26,229 bases of DNA from Welwitschia mirabilis (lineage: Eukaryota): the NCBI GenBank assembly GCA_051453625.1, contig JBOZIK010000001.1:6546373-6572601 (forward strand). Reading direction: 5' to 3'. Under the pieces are notes generated by a model that was not told where the DNA came from, did not search any database, and worked only from the letters and a program-made list of their open reading frames with translations. Below, piece after piece: positions 12,469-22,859 of the stretch; positions within the stretch are counted from its first letter, which is position 1, and the number at the start of each line of letters is the position of its first letter. Both the position numbers and the translations under genes were made by a program.

Positions 12469-12544
12469 AGTTCAATAATAATTTTAGCTCTATTAGTTTT
12501 ATGCTTATTCATTATTAGTTTAACTATTCTTGTATTACTGTATA

Positions 12545-12757
12545 TATTATGAGTTTTAAGAAAAACTACCCTAGGGATACAAATTTTAAATAACCAAATC
12601 TAACTTTTAATAAATATAATGAGGATTTGTATTTATAATATAGTCCTAGTGTCATTCTCATCAAGAGATAAATAATAATAAACAAAATAGTAAAACATGC
12701 ATGGAATCAATCTTTGTAACTATCATAAAGCAATTCAGTATTATAAGGGAGAAAGAA
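12545..12757 (-). repeat. Distal (U5-side) part of the Athila A 3' LTR
   Basis: Minus strand 'ctcttgatgagaatgacact...tatattat' resembles the end of the Athila B LTR (22235..22368, 'taatgagaatacaac'). The boundary at 12545 is approximate. Confidence 0.55.
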
Positions 12758-13523
12758 TGATGTAGGAGCATCCTTAAAAAATAAAAACAAATAATGTGTT
12801 GTATTTAGAAGTCCATTTATTAGTGTCTTAGTGTACTTGTATGAAAAATAATATCCTTTCATGTGTAATTACTATTAAGAAATCATGTGTAATCATCATG
12901 TAAGCATCATCTATAGTTAGCATAGAAGAAATATTAGTAAGAGGAATATGTTATGCTTAAGATATACAAAGGTATAAGAAATACATTATGTTTAGAAGTA
13001 ATCCATGTGTAAGGAATATGTTATCTTTAAAAGTTATTTTTAGTAAATTGTATAAGAGGATAACATTAAAAGGATTCTTTATTGATAAAGATCTCTCTTG
13101 GAGCCTTATAAATAACAAGGTGTGAGGAGATGAAAAGCCTAACTTGAAGAATGACTTGGTGAAGGACTCGAAGAAGGGAGGAGTGAGAAATATTAAAGAT
13201 GAAGCTTGAGAGGATCTCTTACTAAGGGAATTAAGGAGATAGTTTCTAGTGAAGATACTCATTCACTTATATTCTTTCTTAAAGACTATCAAACATTAGA
13301 GTGATAAACCCTTAATAAGGCTTTAATAGTTACTATCAAAAGAGAGCTCATAAAAGCTCTACTAGTTTGATTTTAATTTGTAAGTGTTGTAATTGTTATT
13401 TAGTAATAGACAGTGATTCTTTTAATACTCTGTTTTCTAATATTTCTTTAATATTTTCTATTCCTATCTAGAAACATAATTCCAAAAGTGTTCTTCAGTT
13501 TTCATTGCACTATCCCTACATCA
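12758..13523 (+). repeat. 5' LTR of the CRM-like element (766 bp)
   Basis: Runs TGATGtaggagcatcc...ctaCATCA, with TATAAATA at 13107..13114, and aligns to 18031..18748. It is followed by a very degenerate Met-type PBS (taatcttaaaga, 6/12 match). Confidence 0.93.
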
Positions 13524-13699
13524 TCTAATCTTAAAGAGAGTTTTTAGTTTTATGTAGAGTTAGTGTTGAATTTGATTTTATCATACTCCTGAAGAAGACA
13601 ATAATTTCTCATCTACAAAAGTGTCTCACAAGGAAAGGAATGATAATAGAAGATATATTTCATATAGTACAAGTGATGGTAAAGAATGTGAGTAATAAT

Positions 13700-16600
13700 T
13701 ACCCAGATCTTTCAAATCAATTCTAGAGAAGGATAATGAAGAAAAATACTTCATGATGGAGGATCCACTAAGGAAGGATCTTATGCATGAATCTATAAAT
13801 GAAGACAAAGATAAGGCTCTCTTTATGAAAGCCCTAAAAAATGTAGGATAGAAGGACCTAGTGAGTGTAACAACATTTGAAGAAATTTTAAAAGCATAAA
13901 AGCTTTGAGATTAGATCTAATACATGGAGTAGTACTTTGACATGGAGAATCTAAATATAGAAAAGAAGATAAAGACTACTTCAACTTACTTATGAGGAGT
14001 TGTATCTAATTGATATAAGCATGTTTAGAAGAGTCATCAGGATTGATATATTTTAAGTTCTTAGATTTACATGAAGGAGAGGTTACAAAATAGGTTCATG
14101 TCACTTTCACATAAGACAAAGACAATAAGAGAGATGCAAATACTTCAGCAAGGAGAAAATTCTATGATAGATTACATAGAAAATTTCCATGCATTTTTCC
14201 TTCAAGCTAGATATTTCAACTTTCGTATGGAAGAGGTAAATAGATAAGTTATAAGTGTAATACTTGTTATTCAAGATGAAATTTACCATTGTTACTCCTA
14301 GAATATTTTAGGAAGTGGATCAGTTGGTATTATAAGAAGAAGAGATGTTGTAGTTAAGGAATAGTTTAAATAGAGAAGGATTCAAAGAAAATGAACCACA
14401 AAGAAGAGGTCATCTACAAGGATAAAGGACAAATCAAGAATGAAAAAGGAAAGGTGAAGAAGGTACTAGAGGTAGGGAAGATACTTATGAAGGAATGGGT
14501 AGATGAGGTAAGTTTTTGACTATCTATTACAAATTCTACAAGCTAAGAGAAGAGGCTAACATACTCATGCTATCTCTAAGTATGATGAGACAAATGAAAA
14601 TCTAAAAATAATAAACTAAAAAAATGCTATTGGTGAGAAATGAAAAAATATGATTGCTAGAAGAACTATTATGCAAGATACATAGATTGCAAAGGATCTA
14701 GCATAATGGAGACAACTCTTTAGAACTAGATGTAAATGCAAAGACAAGATATGAAATATTATAGTTGATAATGAAAGCACTGATGACTTGTTTTCTACTG
14801 AGATGGTGAAAAATTTAAACTTAGAAACCATGTTGCATCCAATACCATATCAACTCTTTTGGTTTCATAAATGAGGTCATGTTACAGTTATAGAATAGTA
14901 CCTAGTTAACTTTAAAATTGGTTATTTTTATGATCAAGTTTGTTGTAATGTTATTCCTATGGATTCTTGTCTTTTTTTACTACGTAGATCATGACAATAT
15001 GATACTAAGTGCATGCATATTGAAGAGACTAATACTTGCATTATAAATAATAAGAAGTAACAAATTTTTAGTTTTTACCAAATTTAGAAGAGATTTCAAA
15101 GCATAAGATAAGTATTCACTTCTTTAAAATAAAGGAGTTGATAGATAAAATAGAAGAAGAAGGATATAACATGACCGTGGTATTAAAGATATCTTCAAAA
15201 TGTCAATTGAAGGAGTACCTAATGAAGGTAAAATATGTGTTGAAATCCTTTATAGATATTTTTGTTAATGATTTGTCTTCTAGTTTATTACCTATTATGA
15301 GCATAAATCATTAGAAAGATCTAGTATGTATTGATTCACTCCAAACAAGATATCATGCAGAATGGCACTGCATAAAAGAGAGGAGGTAAGTAGATAACTA
15401 CAAGAGCTTCTAAATAAGGGGTTGATCAAGGAAGGTTTATCACTGTATTTTGTCACAAGAGTATTAACTTCAAAGGAGGATACTAAGGAGTTGAGCATAT
15501 GTGTTTAATTAAGGTCCATCAACAAAACAACTATCAGTTATTCTTTCTTATGACTCACATGGATGATATATTGTATTGTTTAATAAATGCATTCTTTTTA
15601 GTAAGATATATTTAAAAAGTGGATATCATTAAATTTATATCCAAGAAGGAGATGAATTTAATATTACCTTTAAGACTTTAAATTGATTATATGAATAGTT
15701 GATAATACCATTTGGATTGACAAATGCTCCAAGTACATTTATGAGGTTTATAACAGAGGTATTAAAGCCTTTTCTTAAAAAGCTCATTATTATTTTTCTA
15801 GATGATATTTTGGTATTTAGAAAGAATATTAAGAAGCATAGAAACTAGTGAAGAATATTTTTTCCAAGGTTAAAGGAAAAGTAATTAATGATAAATATAA
15901 AGATGTGCACCTTTTACTAGCCAGAGTTAGCATTCTCAAGGTATTTATCTTCAAAGATGGAATTATGATGGATTTAGAAAAGATGAATGCTATTTTGGAT
16001 TAGTCTACATCAATTTCAATAAGAGACATTCATAGTTTCTATGGATTAGCAAGATTTTATAAGAGATTTATTAAAAATTTTGGCAAGATTTGTGTGCTAA
16101 TATTAGCTATTATCAAGAAGGATAAAGAATTTAAGTACATAAATAAGATAGATGAAGCATTTGAGTAGTTTAATAAGAGCATTTTTAAAGGTCCTATCTT
16201 AGAACTTCTAGATTTTAGCAATACTTTTCAAGTGGAGTGTGATGCAAGTGGTAAAGCAATTAGTGAAGTGGTTACCCAAGAAAGAAAACCCATTACCTTC
16301 TTTAGTGAGAAGCTAAATGATGCTAACAAAAAGTAATGGGCCTATGAAAAGAAGTTATATGCTATTTTACAAGAATTAAATAGCTATAGATATTACCTAC
16401 TATAGAAGGAGTTCATTTTGTTCACAAATCATAAGGCATTGCAATACGTGAATAGTAAAGAAAAGTTAAGTGCAAAGCAAGTGAAGTTAGTAGAAAAGCT
16501 ACAAGAATTTAACTTTATAATCAAGAACAAAAGTAAGAAGAACAAAGTTTCAGATATTTTGGATTAAGCAATATACATGATAAGCCATTACAAAGTTAAT

Positions 16601-18067
16601 GTTAATTTATCTCATGTTTTAGATTTGTATCATTATGATCTAGACCTCAAGGAGGCAAGGAGAAAATGAAGAAGCCTTTAGAAGGATATGATTATAAGGA
16701 CTCTCATATTTAAGATATCTTATTTTACAAGGATAATAAGTTGTATATTTCTAGAGGATAAGCAAGGGAGAACATCTTACGAGAGAAGCATTATGAAAAC
16801 ATGTCTAAACATCATGGGTTGGGTAAAACCTATAAACTATTGAAGAGGTCATATCATTAGCCTAACATATATAGGAATGTACAACAAATGGTATGAAGTT
16901 TTTTTACGTGTTAAAGAGGAAAGGAAAAATCAAGAAATATAGGATAATACCTAATATTACTAATTCCAATGAATCATAGCAAGACCTGAGTATGTATTTC
17001 ATCTTAGAATTACCTCATTTTAAGAGTTAGAATGGTTCCATCACAATGGTGGTGGAAAAATTTAATAAGATGGTACATTTTGTTCTTAGTTCTAAAATAA
17101 GTGATTCTTTATGCATTTTTATGTTATTCTTTCAAGACATTATGAGTTTCCATGGCTTGTCAAAGACAATAGCCTCAGATAAAGATGTAAAAATTTATTT
17201 TTCATTTTTGAAGTAGCCTATGGTATATGATGGATACTAAGTTATAAGATTTTTTATGAATTATGGCATTGAAAACTTATTAAGATGGCATTGTGAAGGT
17301 AAGCCAAATAGAAGAAAAGATTACTTACCACATGCAAAGTTTTTTAATTCAATAAATAGAAGTACCAAAAAATCACCATTTTAAGTGGCATACAAATATC
17401 ATCTAAGGATGTTAGATATGTTGCATAGTATACTAGAGCCCTTAGCTATGACAAAGGACTATGGAAGAAAGTCTTAGAACTTCATTAATATTTGAAGCAA
17501 GCTTTGGAAACATCAAACTTCAATGTTAAGGATGCAACAGATAAGAACAAAATACATATGGAGTTTGAAGAAGCTGACTTAGTGATGGCGTGCCTATGGA
17601 AATAAAATACTTTTTACAAGAATAATAATAAGCTCAAGTTTCAAAATATTAGTCCATGTAGAATTGTGAAGAATATTTTATAAAAGATGTATTAATTTAA
17701 TCTTTCAAAGAATTTGGGAATTTCACCTACATTCAATGTTGCAAACTTAGTAAATTACCATTAAGAACCTATAGGAAGTAAAGCTTAGATTGAAAAGCTA
17801 TAGAAGTTAAACAAAGAAAAGAAAAAATTGGATGATAGACTAGATTCTCAAAAACCATGAGAAGAAGATGTGAATGTGGAGGATAAAATTTTGTTTTTAG
17901 AGAAAAACTACCTTAGAATGGGCTATGGAAGTCTAGCAAAAAAGGAATTCCTTTCTTATGATAGCTCACTTTTAAGTGGAGTTAGAGGGGTGGTGAATGG
18001 TGGAAAGGAATGGGGTGAAATAGGAAGAAATAATGTAGGAGCATCCTTAGAAAATAAAAATAAATAG
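13700..18067 (+). pseudogene. CRM-like gag-pol pseudogene (start approximate)
   Basis: Gag ..YME*YFD..KKIK..ILQQGENSMIDY. PR FRTRCKCKDKI*NIIVDNES...HPIPYQL...CNVIPMDSC (14716-15000). RT LKSGYH*I...IPFGLTNAPSTFMR...FLDDILVF (15600-15830). RH VECDASG...FFSEKL (16225-16320). IN GLGKTY... and ISPTFNVANL (~17730). Confidence 0.93.
18017..18030 (+). promoter_or_regulatory. PPT of the CRM-like element
   Basis: Purine-rich gaaataggaagaaa directly 5' of the 3' LTR. Confidence 0.7.
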
Positions 18068-18748
18068 TATGTTATAGGTAGGGGTCTATTTGTGAAGGTT
18101 TTAATGTGCTTGTGTGGAAAATAATATTTGCCATGTCTAATTATCATGAAAGCACCATGTGTAATTACCATATAGGTGTCATGTGTAGTTATCATAGAAA
18201 GAATCTTCGCAAGAGGAGTATGTTATACTTAGGAAAAGATAAAGTTGTAAGAAATACATGATGTTTAAAGGGAATCCATGTGTAAGAAATATTTATCTTT
18301 AAAATCTATTTTTAGTGAATTATGAAAGAGGATAATAATAGAAGGATTCTTTGTTAATAAGGATTCCTATTGGAGCCGTATAATTAAGAGTATGTGAGGA
18401 GATCAAGAGCATGACTTGGAGAATATCTTCATAAAGGACCTAAAGACGGAAAAATTAAGATATCTTAGAGTTGAAATTTGAGAGGAGATCTTATTATGGG
18501 ACTTAAGGCCACTAAGCATTAAACTAGTAAAGCCTTAGTGAGGTTTTGATGGCTACTACTAAGAAGAGAGATTATGGAATCTCCAATAGTTTGATTCTAG
18601 TTTGTAATTATTGTAATTATTGTTTAATAACAGAAAGTAATTCCTTTGACACTCTACATTTTGCATATTTATTTAGTATTCTCTGCTCCTCTTTAAAAAC
18701 ACAATTTCAAAAGTGTTCTTGGACTTTTGTTACATTAGCTTTGCATTA
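18031..18748 (+). repeat. 3' LTR of the CRM-like element (718 bp)
   Basis: Runs TAATGtaggagcatcc...tgCATTA. It is collinear with the 5' LTR except for a deletion of about 50 bp. Confidence 0.93.
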
Positions 18749-18753
18749 GAGAA

Positions 18754-19738
18754 AGTGCTATTAATTGATAAATTAAGATAGAAATGAGGCATAGCCCTAA
18801 GCATCTAGCATGATCATAATAATAACAACAAGAATCTTGATAACAAGAAGCTTATCCTATGATTAATATAAATAAATTATGTTAATAATTCATCAAAGCT
18901 CAATCATGAAGTATTGGTGAAGATTCTAGGTCATCTTAACTCTCATAAGCCACTTCATAAGTATGAAAAGTAGGAAGTTATTCCAAAGAACATCAAATAA
19001 TAGCAACTATAAACTAACATTAGCACATGAAGAATCACTCAAAAATATAGAAAAGTTTAACATACTTCAATTTAAATCAAGCATCATAAGTATGAAAAAA
19101 GATGTATACTTGAAACCAAAAAACTACATTAAAGAAATTTTAGCATTTTATTACAAGAATAGAGAAAAATCTACATAAATGAAAGATTTAATCCAAAACT
19201 TAATATGTCATGCTAGCCTTAAGAGATAGCTTATCCATAAAGAAAAGAACTTAGAAACTAGAGATTTCTGAAGATTCTCTCAATTTTAAAAGATTGATTA
19301 GAAATCATATAAGTCAAAAGATGCATCAGAATAATTCTAAATTCCCTCTAAGTAAAAAATTAGGATTAGAATTAGGTTTTAGAAAATTACATATTTTTGA
19401 TCACTTTATATCGATTCATCAACTACCTTAAAAATCATGAAATCTACCAAGGGTTTTGAAAGATGGAGATGAACTTCTCTATCTCTAAATGACTAGCGTA
19501 ACCATCAAATCCAAGATGAGCCATTAAGTTTCTACTACATCTTAAGCTTAGCTTCCAGTCCATGTTGCAGTGTCCTTTTAGAGATCTAAAAATTGAAATG
19601 GTAGAGGAAAGATGTCAATTTTATAAGAGTTTAATAGCATAGATCAAGATAAATCCATAAAACTATGAAAATCAAAAGTTTATTGTGCTAGATTGGCTTT
19701 AATTACTTGAAATAAATATCAAGTTTTACATGTTATCA
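18754..19738 (-). repeat. Proximal part of the Athila A 3' LTR (about 1.2 kb when rejoined with 12545..12757)
   Basis: Minus strand begins TGATAACATGTAAAA, like the Athila B LTR start TGATAAAAT. Non-coding, and resumes right after the CRM TSD. Confidence 0.65.
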
Positions 19739-19774
19739 CATGTTCCAATAAACTTTTTAGTGGTCTTTTAGCAA
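19739..19774 (-). promoter_or_regulatory. Degenerate Athila-type PPT region
   Basis: Minus strand ttgctaaaagaccactaaaaagtttattggaacatg|TGAT resembles the Athila-type ttgctagggactagcaaaa..tagttggggggtg|TGAT after G>A decay. A related motif (taaggacaaatctaaatgtggttgggaggag) lies at 19935..19970. Confidence 0.6.
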
Positions 19775-20164
19775 GAATATGTGAAAATTACATAACATGG
19801 AAAAATTACTAAATTAAAACATTCAAGTATTAAATAAATATAATAAAAAGTTTGAAAATTTTGGTTAATTTTGAGACTAATTTCACTTAAATAAAATGGA
19901 TAAAGCATGGAAACAAAAAATATAAGTGAAATTTCTACTCCTCCCAACCACATTTAGATTTGTCCTTAAAGTTAATAAAATGGAAATTGAAATGTATAAA
20001 AGAGAAAATTTTGTGGAAAAATATTAAGATGCATGATAATAAAAGGAAAGTATTACGTTGCATTTGATAAACCATTACATCAAATAAGAGGTTATGTAAG
20101 TGAAAAAAATTAAAAATAATGCAAGTACATCTAAAATAATGCATGGTAAAAGTTGCAAAATGAA

Positions 20165-21110
20165 CTAGGAGAAATGTTCTAATGAATGGATCCTCTATGA
20201 GATATCATTCTCTCGAGCTTTTTATTAGTTTCTTATTATTTTTTGGATATTTCCTTTTTCTTTTTAGAAATATTCTTTATTTTATCTTAAATTTCTCTTA
20301 TCTACTTCTTTTGAAGTTTAGGTACATGATATGCCTCTCCACCAAAGAAGACAAAAAGAATAATCTTAAAAATGAGATGGAGAATGATCTTGAGGTGTTT
20401 CTTCTTGTTCTTATTCTTGTTATTCTTCTTGAAATTCTCTTGGAATCTAATCTTTGTTCTTATTCTTCTGTACTTAGGTGATCTTTCTAGAAGTAATGGT
20501 TTCTATGTACAATCTATCCAAATTATCAAACCTAAGGATTAGAAAAAGGGAATTATGAATCAAATATGAAAATAAACATGGAAGAGATAATTTTTTTTAA
20601 TTACCTACATGGATTGCTATAGTTTTAAAAAGGCATTTGGTCATGTCAAAATATTTATCATCTTGGATTATCCTAGTCATATCTAAATAGCTATTATATG
20701 CATTAGTGATGTGAGAGGTAGGCAATATGTTTCTAATAATAAATTTAAAGAGGGCTAGTTGGTTTTCATAAAGGTATCTACAAGACAGGGCACCCTCTCT
20801 ATTAGGAGCATATTTTATGTTTAAATCTTTACAAAGAAAAGTAGGGTTTTTGGTATTCAGAAGTATAGATTTTTATGATAGGTTACCCCAAAGATACCCT
20901 CAAAATATTTTAAAGTGATAAAAAAGGAATTATCATAATAGAAGAATGAATCCCCCAAGATTTTTCCTCATTCATGATTGCATTCTTGTAGAATTTAAGT
21001 ACTTGCCTATGGTAGTAATATGTTTTGTTGTGATATGTATTGTACTTACCTAAGCTAAAAGATAGATCTCAAAACATTCTCAAGTAATGACAAGCAAGGA
21101 CACAAGGTAT
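20165..21110 (-). pseudogene. Decayed env-like accessory ORF of Athila A (PF20167/Transposase_32-like domain plus Glu/Gln-rich tail); start approximate
   Basis: Minus-strand motifs QVLKFYKNA (~20980-21005), LFKFIIRNILPTSHIT (~20705-20752) and KLSLPCLFSYLI (~20560-20596), then PREFQEE*QE*EQEETPQ. One or two frameshifts and several stops. Confidence 0.72.
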
Positions 21111-21280
21111 AGAGTGTGTCAATCTGGGTTCATAAACTTAAATAAGAAAATAACTTAAAGAAGACCTAACTCTTTAGATGGAGGGGTGGAGAAGTGGGGG
21201 GATGGAGGAAGAGTGAAAGAGAAGAGTAGAAAAGAATTTATGTATTTGATATTTAAGAAATGAAAAAAAAACAATGCAAA

Positions 21281-22368
21281 TGATAAAATATATTGTAAAT
21301 CCTAAATGCAAGTTTTAAACAATTTAACCAATATGTTCTCACTTATATTGGCCCTTGTTGTGCTACCAATTTATGGTTATTTGATGGGGTTTTATGAGTT
21401 GTTTTGTAGGATTTATATACAAGTTTAGGTAAAATTCTGAGGATTTTGGAGATACAAGAGGAAATCTCAGAAAAGTATGATTATTATCCAAATTTGATGT
21501 ATTAAAGGCACTTTCTGATGCACAGAGCTTTGAAGAAGGATTCATGACAAAAATTCTAAGTTTCTCCTTAAGAAAATAATCAAAGAAGACTGTCTTCCAC
21601 TCTGTCATCCCTACAATAGGCAGTCCCCAATGTCGTCTAGATGATAACACAGATGACACTATCATGTAATCGACTTGGATAGATTCCCTTGAATGTTTCC
21701 TCTGTTTTTGAGCCATTTATGAGTGCGCCTAACTACCTTTATAGTTTGTCCTTTTTTGATATATTTTCTTATAAATAAGACCCTCCTCGATTCTCCTTCT
21801 CATCTTTGTTGCACTGGACATTCTCATGACAGGTGATCGAAGGGTAGGAGATTCATTTGCGTGTGTTGCAGAAAGACATGTACTTGATGGAGGGTGGTGT
21901 ATCCTCCATTGAGACTCAATTGTTTTGTAACACATATGTTGTTACTCTCTTTTAATATAAATCTTGGTTTTATTTTTATGTTTGCATGTTAGTTTATTTA
22001 ATGATTCTTATAGTCTATGTTACCCTTGATCTTGTGATAATTTCTTGGATGATATAGATTTTCAAGGGTAGCCTTTGTTAAGGCTGAAAGCAAATAGAAT
22101 TAGGGTTATTTTTGTATTGCATGTTAGTTTAGATTGCATATTGCATTTTGCATTATATATTTATTTCCTTGCATTATTATTTATTTTCTGGTTTCTATTC
22201 TTTTACAAAGTAACTAAGTCTCATGCTCATAGACTTTAATGAGAATACAACATTTTGGGTCTACTCCCACTCATACTAGTGTGTTGTATTATGAAAGATA
22301 TTTATTTATTTTATAATGAACAGAATCCTTTTTGAGCCTAAGTACTTGCATAAATACAGACCGCAACA
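21281..22368 (+). repeat. 5' LTR of Athila B (about 1088 bp)
   Basis: The 3' end is fixed by CA plus the PBS. The 5' end is inferred from TGATAA and the switch in base skew, with no partner LTR in the window. TATAAATA at 21770..21777. Confidence 0.75.
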
Positions 22369-22371
22369 AAT

Positions 22372-22389
22372 TAGCGCCATTGTTGGGGA
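22372..22389 (+). promoter_or_regulatory. Primer binding site (tRNA-Asp type, typical of Athila)
   Basis: tagcgccattgttgggga versus TGGCGCCGTTGCCGGGGA: 14/18 match, all mismatches G>A or C>T. Confidence 0.9.
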
Positions 22390-22859
22390 AGGGTATTGAG
22401 GAGTACAAGGGTTGTTGTCATTCAGATGCATATATTAGACCTCTGTTCGATTATTTATCTATGTAGCATTTTATTTTATTAGGAGCTATAGGTTTTATAT
22501 ATGTTATTTTCAATTTCAGTTTTTTGGTTTCAATTTTCTATAATAAAGTTTGGTCATCTCCTTTGTCTTTCCCATGATAGTCAGGACGATAGTGTGCTAT
22601 TTTTATATTTGGTTTTATTTTTGAATTGTGATTTTTCTGAAATAAATTAGTTTCTGTCGTCTCATGTGACGTCTGGATGATAAGGTGGATGATAGTCCTA
22701 TTTTCTGTGTTTTTCTCTTTCTATTTTCAGTTCCAGTTCTATTTTTATTTTTCTTGTTTCTATGTGTGTCATCCTCTCTATCGTCCCCACGATAGACAGG
22801 ACAAAGATCTATTATTTTTTATCTATTTTTATTATTTTTTGTTTGTAGGATGTTGTGAT

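Larger units (their letters stand above)
9863..12544 (+). mobile_element. Fragment of a Ty3/gypsy Tat/Ogre-like element (3' part of integrase plus post-pol region); target of the SIRE and Athila insertions
   Basis: The integrase frame begins immediately after the SIRE LTR. The segment ends where an Athila-like LTR terminus begins at about 12545. Confidence 0.75.
12758..18748 (+). mobile_element. Structurally complete but decayed Ty3/gypsy chromovirus, CRM-like (about 6.0 kb)
   Basis: LTRs 12758..13523 and 18031..18748 have TGATG...CATCA termini (the 3' copy reads TAATG...CATTA). 5-bp TSD aagaa (12753..12757) / gagaa (18749..18753). Domain order gag-PR-RT-RH-IN. Confidence 0.93.
12545..21280 (-). 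mobile_element. 3' portion of Athila-like gypsy element A (3' LTR, PPT, env-like ORF), interrupted by two later insertions
   Basis: On the minus strand the LTR starts TGATAACATG at 19738, preceded by an Athila-type PPT signature. The LTR end ...ctcataATA near 12545 resembles a decayed ...cgcaaCA. An env-like ORF lies at 20165..21110. Confidence 0.7.

Noticed and set aside
12957..15498. Several short minus-strand ORFs
   Set aside because: Antisense shadows of the purine-rich CRM LTR and gag-pol.
12545..19738. Solo LTR interpretation of the split Athila LTR
   Set aside because: No matching TSD (gtata versus catgt). A PPT signature and an env-like ORF adjoin it, so it is a 3' LTR still attached to internal sequence.
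20182..20481. 99-aa hydrophobic plus-strand ORF resembling a membrane protein
   Set aside because: It is the antisense shadow of the Glu/Gln/Lys-rich tail of the Athila env-like ORF.
21040..21055. Minus-strand aggtaagt splice-donor-like site
   Set aside because: No host exon structure nearby. It lies within the retroelement accessory ORF, and there is no evidence it is used.
21363..21935. Minus-strand ORFs of 117 aa and 68 aa
   Set aside because: They lie within the Athila B LTR with no recognisable motifs and are likely chance ORFs.
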